Positions 30,342 through 38,514 of a DNA stretch of 41,221 bases are shown here, piece by piece. The notes under the pieces are model-generated. The model did not search any database, was not told the DNA's origin, and was given only the letters and a program-made list of their open reading frames with translations. The translations under genes were made by a program, and so were the position numbers. Where the stretch lies: NCBI GenBank assembly GCA_046758745.1, contig JBHIAV010000026.1, positions 1 to 41,221 on the forward strand, in the 5' to 3' direction. Position 1 is the first letter of the stretch. Every line of letters begins with the position of its first letter. The DNA is from Gemmatimonadota bacterium (GTDB lineage Bacteria > Gemmatimonadota > Gemmatimonadetes > Palauibacterales > Palauibacteraceae).

Positions 30342-31408
30342 GCCGCGCTCTCCCTTCCGTGCGTCGAGGCGGGAAGGAGCGCGCCCTCCGGGAGAGCCTG
30401 ACGCCTCGCTCGCAGCCAGGCGATCGTCTCACGAAGCCCGTCGCGCAGGTCACGGGGTCGGTATCCGATCTCGCTCCTGGCCGCCGAGATATCGACCGGC
30501 CGGTCCTCGAGGAAGACGCGAACCCAGCCCGGCGTGATCGATACCCGGCCTCCCACTCTCCCCCAAGCCCGGGCCGCGTGCGCGACGGCCAGCGCAACGG
30601 CCGGCGGAATCGGGACCACCCGACGCCGCACGCCGGAGAGCTCCGCGATGAGCTCCAGGAAATCGCGAAAAGAAAGATTGGTATCGCCCCCCAGGATGTA
30701 GTGAGCGCCGGTGCCGCTGAGCTCGGCGGCAAGCCGTATCCCGCGCGCCACGTCCGCCGCGTGTACGTAGTTCGCGCGTACGTCCCTGTCGGCGATCCGA
30801 ACCCGGAACCGACCGCTCAGGTAGAACGCGATGACCTTCGTCACGCCGTTCGCATCGTTCAGCGGCCCCGGGCCGTAGACTCGCGTGGGGTGGACGATCG
30901 CGGCGTGTCGCCCCTCCTTGGCGTACGCCTCCACCCGTCGCTCTCCCTCCAGCTTGGTTCGCTCGTACAGGGTGAGGGCCCGGCCCGGGCCGGCCTGTTC
31001 GATCTCGCCGGCCGCAGGTCGTGTCAGAGGGGCGGTCCCGGCGCCGGCGGGGCGGGTGAGAGCGGTGGACACGTGCACGAGGCGTCGCACCCGGTAGCGA
31101 CGAGCCGCAGCGAGAAGGCACTCCACGGCCCGGACATTCACCTCCTCGAACTCCGCGGCGTCGGCCGTCCAGGCGCGGGCGCAGGCCGCCAGGTGGAGGA
31201 CCGTCGTGGCTCCGCGCACGGCGGCCGTCAGCGCTTCGCGGTCGCGGATGTCGCCCTGTGCGATGTGGAGCCGCGGTCGGAGGCTCGGGTCGAGCGCCTC
31301 GGGGCGCCGGACGAACACCCGCACGTACGATCCCCCGGCCACCAGCTGCCGGATGAGGTGGCTTCCGATGAAACCGGTGGCCCCGGTCACCAGCGTGATC
31401 TCCCTCAT
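30338..31408 (-). CDS. NAD-dependent epimerase/dehydratase (extended SDR, HpnA/3-beta-HSD-like)
   Basis: TGATGFIG, HLAA, YERTK catalytic motif, VYGPG; ATGA overlap with the PAP2 stop. Confidence 0.9.
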   Translation of the reverse strand: MREITLVTGATGFIGSHLIRQLVAGGSYVRVFVRRPEALDPSLRPRLHIAQGDIRDREALTAAVRGATTVLHLAACARAWTADAAEFEEVNVRAVECLLAAARRYRVRRLVHVSTALTRPAGAGTAPLTRPAAGEIEQAGPGRALTLYERTKLEGERRVEAYAKEGRHAAIVHPTRVYGPGPLNDANGVTKVIAFYLSGRFRVRIADRDVRANYVHAADVARGIRLAAELSGTGAHYILGGDTNLSFRDFLELIAELSGVRRRVVPIPPAVALAVAHAARAWGRVGGRVSITPGWVRVFLEDRPVDISAARSEIGYRPRDLRDGLRETIAWLRARRQALPEGALLPASTHGRESAA

Positions 31409-32367
31409 GCGAGGCCTCCGCCCGTCTGCGGCTCGGGGAGAACGCCCGGCGGAGCGGGCAGCCTCGGCGCGCCGGGTAGGACCGCCCGGACCGGCGGCCA
31501 GCCGAGAAGCGCGGGCACGAGAAGCGCCTGGATGGCCAGCGCCCACACGAGCCCGGCCACGGAGTCGATGCCGTAATGGTTCTGGGTGTAGACGGTCGCC
31601 ATCATGACTCCCACGGCCTCGACACTCATGAGGAGCGCGATGCCCGACGGAAACCAGCGCCAGCCGAGGAGGGCGATCGTCACGGCCCCCGCCACATGGG
31701 AGCTCGGGAAGGCCGCCCCGCGCACGTCGCCCGTCGCATGCGCCGCTTCCACCAGGCGGTAGAAGAAGCCGTTCGTGAGGGGACCCTCGAACGGCTGCCC
31801 GAGGCCGTGCGGGCCGACGACGGGGAACGCGAGGTAGAAGAGGTAGCAGCACAGGTACGTCGCCATGAGCCGCACGGTCATGTCGCGGAACGCGTCGACC
31901 CGGCCGGCGAGGGCGACCGCGATGGGCGGTAGGAAGATCAGGGCGTAGTAAGCGTAGTACGCGAAGTGCATCAGTTCGCTGAACCAGAGCTGCGGCATGG
32001 CGGGCATCCACACCCGATCGATGTGCACGCCGAAGAGCGCCAGATCGAGGGAGAGGATCGCCGAATCCCCGCTCCTGTCGTGCAGCAGCGAGATCAGCAT
32101 GTCGAGCTCGATCCACAGGACAGGCAGCCAGAGGAGGGGATACGACTCCCTCAGCAGACGCAGGGGTCGGGACAGGGACGCGGGCCCCCGCCCCAGCAAC
32201 GCGGGAAGGAGGCCGGCCGCCGCATGCGCGGCGAGAATTCCGGGGGCGTACCAAGCCCGCGTGAGCAGCGGAACCCAGAGCACGGCCAGGATCAGATTGT
32301 AAGCGGCCATCAGCCGGTCGACGGCGAGGACCGATCCGGCATGCTTCGCACCGGGTGAAGAGCTCAT
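31405..32367 (-). CDS. PAP2-superfamily membrane enzyme, AUR1/inositol-phosphorylceramide-synthase-like
   Basis: Multi-TM; DLALFG, YLAFPVVGP, AAFPSSHVA, NHYGIDSVAG. Confidence 0.85.
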   Translation of the reverse strand: MSSSPGAKHAGSVLAVDRLMAAYNLILAVLWVPLLTRAWYAPGILAAHAAAGLLPALLGRGPASLSRPLRLLRESYPLLWLPVLWIELDMLISLLHDRSGDSAILSLDLALFGVHIDRVWMPAMPQLWFSELMHFAYYAYYALIFLPPIAVALAGRVDAFRDMTVRLMATYLCCYLFYLAFPVVGPHGLGQPFEGPLTNGFFYRLVEAAHATGDVRGAAFPSSHVAGAVTIALLGWRWFPSGIALLMSVEAVGVMMATVYTQNHYGIDSVAGLVWALAIQALLVPALLGWPPVRAVLPGAPRLPAPPGVLPEPQTGGGLA

Positions 32368-33344
32368 AACCAGTTCATCTCCCTGTACCAGGCGGCGGTC
32401 TCCATCACGCCGCGCTCGATGGGGAAGCGCGGGGCGAAGCCGATCTCCATCATCGCCCGGCGCGGGTCCGACACCCAGCGGGCCTGGGAGATCTCCCGAA
32501 CCCGGTCCCGGTTCAGAATGGCGGCGCGTCTTCTCATCTTCGCGAGGAGCTCGCACGCGGCCGCGATCGGCCGCGCGACGGCGGGGGGAACGCTGACGAG
32601 CCGCGGGCGGCGACCCACGGCCTCGCCCGCCGCCTCCGCGAAACGGGCCCATGTGACGGGCCGCGGGTGCGCCAGGTGGTACGTGCGTCCGATCGACCGC
32701 TCCGAGACGGCCACGGCCACCAGTCCCTGCACGACGTCCTCGACGTAGATCAGGCTCACCTCCCGATCCCAGCCGCCCACCGTGAGCGCCAGCCCGCGGC
32801 GGACCATCCTGAACAGGGTGAGGATGGCGCGCTCGCGCGGACCGTAGACGGATGGAAGTCGAACGATCGAGGCCGGGACGCGGTCCGCATAGGCGTGCAC
32901 CACGGCTTCGGCGAGCAGCTTCGAGTTGCCGTAGTGCGAGAGCGGGAACGGGACCGTATCGGGGGAGAGAGAGGCGCCGTCGCGGCACGGCCCCACAGCG
33001 GCGAGAGACGAGAGCAGGATCACGCGAGGCGCACGTCCGTTCGCCGACGCGGCCGCTTCGAGCACGCGCGCCGTGCCCACCGTGTTCACCGCGTATAGCT
33101 CCTCCGGACGACGGGCCTCGGTGAGCCCGGCCAGGTGATACACGACGTCGGCCCCGTGGAACACCCGCCGAAGCCGTCCCACGCGCTCGATTCCGACCGG
33201 CTCCCACTGGACTCGCGTCTCCGCGATCCACCCCCGCGAGGCTCCCGGTCGCTCGAGGCATACGACATCGTCGCCGCGCGCGACGAGCGCCTCGATCAGG
33301 TGACTTCCTATGAAACCGGCTCCGCCGGTTACTACCGCACGCAT
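32364..33344 (-). CDS. NAD-dependent epimerase/dehydratase (extended SDR)
   Basis: TGGAGFIG, YHLAG, SSLAAVGP, YGNSK, VYGPRE. Confidence 0.92.
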   Translation of the reverse strand: MRAVVTGGAGFIGSHLIEALVARGDDVVCLERPGASRGWIAETRVQWEPVGIERVGRLRRVFHGADVVYHLAGLTEARRPEELYAVNTVGTARVLEAAASANGRAPRVILLSSLAAVGPCRDGASLSPDTVPFPLSHYGNSKLLAEAVVHAYADRVPASIVRLPSVYGPRERAILTLFRMVRRGLALTVGGWDREVSLIYVEDVVQGLVAVAVSERSIGRTYHLAHPRPVTWARFAEAAGEAVGRRPRLVSVPPAVARPIAAACELLAKMRRRAAILNRDRVREISQARWVSDPRRAMMEIGFAPRFPIERGVMETAAWYREMNWL

Positions 33345-33403
33345 GTCACGCTCCCGGAGAAGGTGCGCCGCTCGTGTTGCCGGCTCGAAGGGTCGGCGGG
33401 ACG

Positions 33404-33469
33404 GGTCAAGCCTCGGTCAAGCGGCTCCCGCTCTCGAACCGTTCGAGGCGGCTTGACCGGGACTTGATC
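33404..33469. promoter_or_regulatory. Symmetric repeat array in a divergent intergenic region (putative TF sites or back-to-back -35 hexamers)
   Basis: GGTCAAGC at 33404 and 33415; inverted GCTTGACC at 33451 and ACTTGATC at 33462; central palindrome CTCGAAC-C-GTTCGAG at 33433-33447. Confidence 0.5.
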
Positions 33470-33572
33470 GCCGACGGTGACGGTGGGGACCGAGCCCGGC
33501 GGGGAGCGCCCCGTGGGAGGCGCGAGCCGCTCGAGAGTTCACCGGCATCCCGCCACGTGAGGAGGATCGTTC

Positions 33573-34415
33573 ATGAAGACGCGCGCCTTCTGTCTCGGGC
33601 TGGCCCTGGCCCCGGCCTGGACGCTCTCGGGCGAGGCACCCGGGGTAAAAGCCGGGGACGCTCACGGGCCGGCCGCAGGCACGTTCGTCAAGGCCGGCGG
33701 CGCTCTGACCCGGCCGACGCTGCAGGTGGGAGAGAGGCTCGAGTACGCGATCGAGCTGGCCCGCCTCCGGCTTGGAACGGGTGTGCTCGCCGTCGAAGGG
33801 CGGGAAGAGGTGGAGGGTATCCCCACCTTCCGGGTCACCCTCGAGGTCGGGATCGGCGGCCCATTCATGAGGGTGGAGGAGAGCAAGGTGAGCTGGATCG
33901 CGACGGAGCCGTTCCGGTCGCTACGGTTCGAGAAAAGACGGCGTCGGAAAGACGGGCGGCTGGCGCGTCGCTACCGGTTCGACCACGCCGCGGGGACTTA
34001 CCTGGCGGAGGACTGGAGCGAGGAGGCGGGCATCTACATGCCCATCTCCGGCGCGGGCGGCGCCGGTCCTATCCCCGCCGCTGCCCTAGACGAGCTCGGG
34101 GTGCTCTATCTCATCCGGCATCTCGCCCTGGAGTCGGGCCGGACCTACGCCACGCGGCAGTACTTCGAGACGGAGAAGAACCCGGTGGTCGTCCGGGTTC
34201 TCGGCACGGAGGAGATTCGGGTCCCGGCCGGGAAGTTCCGGACGCTGGTGCTCGAGCCGGACATCCCCGCCACGGACATCTTCCGAGCCGACAAGAAGGC
34301 CCGCCTGTACGTGACGGACGACGCCCGGCGGCTCATCGTCAAGGTGACGACCACGACGAGGCTCGGTACCGTCGTGGCGTATCTCCGAAGGTACGAAACC
34401 GGCGGGACATCGTGA
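33573..34415 (+). CDS. DUF3108 family exported protein
   Basis: Signal peptide; GERLEY, LDELGVLYLIR, EEIRVPAGKF, YVTDDARRL; SD GAGGAGG. Confidence 0.85.
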   Translation: MKTRAFCLGLALAPAWTLSGEAPGVKAGDAHGPAAGTFVKAGGALTRPTLQVGERLEYAIELARLRLGTGVLAVEGREEVEGIPTFRVTLEVGIGGPFMRVEESKVSWIATEPFRSLRFEKRRRRKDGRLARRYRFDHAAGTYLAEDWSEEAGIYMPISGAGGAGPIPAAALDELGVLYLIRHLALESGRTYATRQYFETEKNPVVVRVLGTEEIRVPAGKFRTLVLEPDIPATDIFRADKKARLYVTDDARRLIVKVTTTTRLGTVVAYLRRYETGGTS

Positions 34416-34448
34416 GGGGGCGATCGCCCCGGCGGCGAGAACACCGGC

Positions 34449-34477
34449 TTGTGCTATCCGATCGCCGGGCGTACGAT
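34449..34477 (+). promoter_or_regulatory. sigma70-type promoter of the tRNA
   Basis: TTGTGC, 17 nt spacer, TACGAT, ending 11 nt before the tRNA 5' end. Confidence 0.55.
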
Positions 34478-34488
34478 TTGACTCGTCC

Positions 34489-34562
34489 GCGCCCGTAGCT
34501 CAACTGGACAGAGCGTCGGACTTCGGATCCGAAGGCTGGGGGTTCGAGTCCTCCCGGGCGCA
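34489..34562 (+). tRNA. tRNA-Arg (anticodon TCG)
   Basis: Acceptor GCGCCCG/CGGGCGC plus A73; D arm GCTC/GAGC with GGA20; anticodon arm TCGGA-CTTCGGA-TCCGA; T loop TTCGAGT; CCA not encoded. Confidence 0.95.
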
Positions 34563-34579
34563 CTCCTGTAACTCGCCTT

Positions 34580-34693
34580 TTGGAAACGGCCGACTTCGTC
34601 CCGCCCCCACCCAACACCGTTCCCGAGCACATGGCTGCGCTGGAACAGTACATACACGAGGACCAGGAGACGCCGGTTCTTCTCAAGTGCGCC
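34580..34693 (+). pseudogene. Fragment of a Fic-family gene
   Basis: ADFVPPPPNTVPEHMAALEQYIHEDQETPVLLKCA resembles the segment preceding the Fic HPFxDGNGR motif; the motif itself and the N-terminus are absent. Confidence 0.7.
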
Positions 34694-34770
34694 GGATCGA
34701 AGCGGAGGGGACGGGGTCCCAATGAAGTAGTCGCCCCCCAGAGCGAGCATCGTTGGGTGGGAGTTCAGTC

Positions 34771-36918
34771 ATGCTAGCCTGCCGAGGCGGATTCCTCGGT
34801 TTGAGCCTCGTGAGTGTGATCGCCCCATTCGCGAGCGCTCAGGAGCTTCCCGACTCCGCGAGGAGCGAACTGATCGCGGCCGGTCACACCGAGCTGGCGG
34901 CTCGGCTCGAGGGTCTGCTCCGTCCCGTCTCGGTCCCGAGCGATGGGAAGGCCCGGGACTTTCTCACGCGATGGGAGCGCACGGCGGGCGGGCCGTCGAC
35001 GGGGTATCAGTGGCTGGCCGTCTCGCATCTGTGGCTCCGCGTGGGGGATGGACCGAGGGCCGACGCGGCGCTGCGACGGGCCGCCGCGGAAGGTGCTCCC
35101 GCGGGCCTCGTTCTCCTCGGTTCCGCGCACGTCGCCTTCCTGAAGGGCGATGTCGGGGGAGGCGGGGGCGCCTACTGGGCGGGCTGCGCCGCCGCCGACA
35201 GCTCCGGCGCAGACGAGGTGGCCCGAGCCTACTGGAGCGAGATCGAGCCGCTGGCGACGCCCGCGGAGCAGAAAGCCTGGGAGGCTCGCCTGGAGGGACC
35301 CGACCCGACAGGCGGGCTGTGCGAGGAGCTCGGCCGGTTCTGGAACCGGCGCGCGGCGCGGGCAGCGCTGTCCGTGGCGGAGCGGATCGCCCTGCACGAT
35401 GAGCGCGTCCGTTACGCCCGTCCGCGCTACGCGCGGCCCTGGCCCGACAGGGAGGGCATCCTCTCCGCGACCGTCGGCGGCAGGCCGCTCTCGAATCGGA
35501 TCGGGCGGCCGCGGCGGGCGGCGTTCGACGACCGGGGGCTCGTCTACCTCCGTATGGGCCCGCCGGACCGCACGGCCGGCTTCGGCGGCAGCGTGGCTCA
35601 CCCGGTGATCGGGCCGACCTGCTACCATGCGAACGAGAGCTGGGCGTACGACGGACCGGAAGGGACGCGCGTCTACCACTTCTCGCCGCTCGAAGGGACG
35701 GCGGAGTGGTGGCTGATCGAGAACCTGGAGGATCTGTACCGGTGCGGGGATCCCGACTTCGTGCGGACCGTACGCATGGTGCAGTCTGTATCCCCGGTGC
35801 TAGGACCGCGGAAGTGCCAGAGAGATCGATGCTACGAAGTTGTAGCTGTAGGACAGCTCCAGTCCGGGCTCGGGGGTGGCCGGCCGCCGATCGGGCGGAT
35901 CGCATACCTGGTCCTTCCCGACCTGTACCTGTCGCGCCAGGGTCTCGATCCCCGCTACGCGCGGCTCGGGTACCGCTTCTTCGACCCTTCACCGGACACG
36001 ATGTACGGCCAGCTGAAGCAGGGAGTGAACGGAACGACGGCGGTGCTGACGACCCAGGCGGGGCTCGCCGAGGAGCGGGAGTGGACGTGGGCAGACGCGC
36101 GGCACGCGATCACCACCGTGCCGGACCGTCCCGCAGTGGCCCGGGACGCGAAGCTCCGGTTCGAGGTGCTCCAGTTCCGGGGCGATTCGGCGGGGCTCGT
36201 CCGCGCGTGGTGGAACGGGATCGTGGAGGCCGGGCCGCTGCGGCCCGACACGCTTCCGGACGGCCGCCTCCGCTACCGGATCGAGGCCGCGCTGGCGCTG
36301 CTGGATGAGGGGGAGCGGTACCGGCGCGTCACCCGCACGGTCGAGCTCACGAGCCGGGGGCCGCTCCCCGCCGCCGCCGCGATCCCGGTGCGGATCCCGG
36401 TGGCCGTCGAGCCCGGCCGCTACGAGTTCACCGTCCTCGTGCGCGAACCCGCGGGACCGGAGGCGTCGGGCGCCCGGACGCCGACCGGGAACTACCTCAG
36501 GGACAGCCTCCGCGTGCGCGGCTTCGCCGCCGCGCTTCCCGAGCTCTCCGACATCGCCGTGTCGCCGGACTCCGGGGGCGACTGGACCGCCGGGGGCGGG
36601 ATCCACCTTCGTCCGAGCCCGCTCCACGCCACGGGGCCGGACGGGATCGCGCACGTCTACTACGAGGTGTACGGCCTGTCGCCGGGCGGGGACTACGAGA
36701 CGAGCGTGCGGCTGGAGCCCCTCGGAGACGGCGAGCCGTTCACGCTCACCTTCCGCGGTAGCGCAGCTCCGGCACCAAGTCCCGTGCACGGATACCTGCG
36801 GCTGGAGCTGGGGGACACGGAGCCGGGGGAGTACCGGATGGCCGTGACGGTGCGGGACCGGGCGAGCGGCACGAGCACGCTCCCGTACCGCACACACATC
36901 CTCGTGGAATCCGGATAA
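34771..36918 (+). CDS. Exported GWxTD-like domain protein with C-terminal Ig-like domains
   Basis: Signal peptide (ASA-Q); FWNRR...ERVRYA and DDRGLVYLRMGPPD..ESWAY core; LSDI, YYEVYGL, PGEYRMAVTV tail. Confidence 0.75.
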   Translation: MLACRGGFLGLSLVSVIAPFASAQELPDSARSELIAAGHTELAARLEGLLRPVSVPSDGKARDFLTRWERTAGGPSTGYQWLAVSHLWLRVGDGPRADAALRRAAAEGAPAGLVLLGSAHVAFLKGDVGGGGGAYWAGCAAADSSGADEVARAYWSEIEPLATPAEQKAWEARLEGPDPTGGLCEELGRFWNRRAARAALSVAERIALHDERVRYARPRYARPWPDREGILSATVGGRPLSNRIGRPRRAAFDDRGLVYLRMGPPDRTAGFGGSVAHPVIGPTCYHANESWAYDGPEGTRVYHFSPLEGTAEWWLIENLEDLYRCGDPDFVRTVRMVQSVSPVLGPRKCQRDRCYEVVAVGQLQSGLGGGRPPIGRIAYLVLPDLYLSRQGLDPRYARLGYRFFDPSPDTMYGQLKQGVNGTTAVLTTQAGLAEEREWTWADARHAITTVPDRPAVARDAKLRFEVLQFRGDSAGLVRAWWNGIVEAGPLRPDTLPDGRLRYRIEAALALLDEGERYRRVTRTVELTSRGPLPAAAAIPVRIPVAVEPGRYEFTVLVREPAGPEASGARTPTGNYLRDSLRVRGFAAALPELSDIAVSPDSGGDWTAGGGIHLRPSPLHATGPDGIAHVYYEVYGLSPGGDYETSVRLEPLGDGEPFTLTFRGSAAPAPSPVHGYLRLELGDTEPGEYRMAVTVRDRASGTSTLPYRTHILVESG

Positions 36919-36951
36919 GCCGCCCGCCTCCGGTCGCCACGCCCACTTGCA

Positions 36952-37000
36952 AGCCGACTCTTATTCCTGTCTTGACAAGAATAGCTGTCGGCTGCATTAT
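36952..37000 (+). promoter_or_regulatory. sigma70 promoter overlapped by a 42-bp inverted repeat (putative operator)
   Basis: TTGACA (36972-36977), 17 nt spacer, CATTAT (36995-37000); arms AGCCGAC/GTCGGCT, TATTC/GAATA and TGTC/GACA all centred at 36972.5. Confidence 0.75.
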
Positions 37001-37006
37001 GGGTCC

Positions 37007-37648
37007 ATGAGGGCTGCCCGATCCACCCGTGCGCCGACCGTCGAGGTTCTTCGCGACCCGGACCGGGCCGCGGCCCTGCTCGATCCACAGCGACGCCGGC
37101 TCGTCGAAGCGCTCCGCGAGGGGCCCGACTCCGCATCGGGCCTCGCCAGGCGGCTGGGCGAGTCGCGACAGCGTCTGAACTACCATCTCCGCGCGCTCGA
37201 GGACGCCGGCCTCGTCCAGCTGCAGGAGGAACGTCGCCGCGGCAACTGCGTCGAGCGGGTACTGCGGGTGGTCGCGCGAGGGTTCGTCGTCGATCCGGCG
37301 GCGCTGGGCGACCTCGCCGCCGACCCGGACGAGGTCGCGGACCGCTTCTCCGCGACCTATCTCATCGCGCTGGCGGCGCGGACCATCCGCGAGCTGGCCG
37401 GGCTGAGGGACAAGGCGGCGCGCGAGCGCAAGCGGCTTTCGACCGCCGCGATCGAGGTCGAGGTGCGGCTCGCGCACCCGGCCGACTTCCATGCCTTCCT
37501 CGAGGACCTGTCGCGCGCCGTCGCGCGGGCCGTGGCGAAGCACCACGACGAGCGCGCTCGCAGCCGCCCGTTCCGCGTGATCGCCGGGGCGTATCCGGCG
37601 CCGCAGGCGGGAGTTCGCGAACGCCGAGACCACGGAGAGGACCGATGA
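37007..37648 (+). CDS. ArsR-like winged-HTH transcriptional regulator
   Basis: ALLDPQRRRLVEAL...SASGLARRLGESRQRLNYHLRALEDAGLV. Confidence 0.9.
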   Translation: MRAARSTRAPTVEVLRDPDRAAALLDPQRRRLVEALREGPDSASGLARRLGESRQRLNYHLRALEDAGLVQLQEERRRGNCVERVLRVVARGFVVDPAALGDLAADPDEVADRFSATYLIALAARTIRELAGLRDKAARERKRLSTAAIEVEVRLAHPADFHAFLEDLSRAVARAVAKHHDERARSRPFRVIAGAYPAPQAGVRERRDHGEDR

Positions 37649-38442
37649 CCGAAGAGACGAAGGCGGCGGCCGAGCCCCGGGAGCCCGGGGCTGCCGGGAC
37701 ACGTGCGGCCGAGGGGACGATTGAGATCGATGCGCCGCCCGAGCGGGTGTGGCGCGCGCTGACCGAGGCCGCCGAGCTCGAGCGATGGTTCCCGCTCGAG
37801 GCACGGGTCGAGCCCGGCGAGGGCGGCTCGATCTGGATGTCATGGAAGAACGAATGGGCGGGCGAGTCCGAGATCCTCGCCTGGGACCCCGCGCGACGAC
37901 TGCGGATTTCATGGGGATGGCCGGATGCGACGGGCCACGCCCAGGTGACCGACTACCTGCTCGAGGGACGGGGCGGAAGGACCCTGCTCCGGGTCGTCAC
38001 TTCTGGCTTTCCGCTCGACCCTTCGTGGGACGACTGGGTCGAGGGGACGCGCCGCGGATGGCGCTTCGAGCTGGAGTCGCTCAAGCACTACCTGGAGCGG
38101 CACGCCGGCGAAGACCGCCAGGTCATCTACCTGCGGCGTCGCGTCCGGCTACCGCGTGAGGAGGTGTGGGCGCGGATCTTCGGCCCCGGCGGGCTCGACG
38201 CGAGGTCGCTCGGCGGGAAGCCCTTCGACGACGAACCGCCGCTCCAGTACGCGGTAGTAGTCGACGATCCGCCCGACGCGCTGCTGCGGGTGTCGAACGA
38301 GCCGTGCTACCTGGGCGCCGACGGGCGTGACATCACTCTGTGGCTCACCGCGTGGGGTGGCCACGAGCGGCGGCTCGCCGAGATCGAGGCTGAATGGTCG
38401 CGCCTGCTCGCGCGGCTGTATCCCGAGGGCGAGGCCCCGTGA
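37645..38442 (+). CDS. SRPBCC/AHSA1 (START-like) domain protein
   Basis: IEIDAPPERVWRALTE..LERWF, RLRISW, GWRFELESLKHYLE; ATGA overlap with the regulator. Confidence 0.88.
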   Translation: MTEETKAAAEPREPGAAGTRAAEGTIEIDAPPERVWRALTEAAELERWFPLEARVEPGEGGSIWMSWKNEWAGESEILAWDPARRLRISWGWPDATGHAQVTDYLLEGRGGRTLLRVVTSGFPLDPSWDDWVEGTRRGWRFELESLKHYLERHAGEDRQVIYLRRRVRLPREEVWARIFGPGGLDARSLGGKPFDDEPPLQYAVVVDDPPDALLRVSNEPCYLGADGRDITLWLTAWGGHERRLAEIEAEWSRLLARLYPEGEAP

Positions 38443-38514
38443 CGACGCGGCTCGGCACCACGTTCGGAATCGCCTGCTCGAGCGCCGACCTCGCCGGTAC
38501 GGTTTCGAGGGCGC

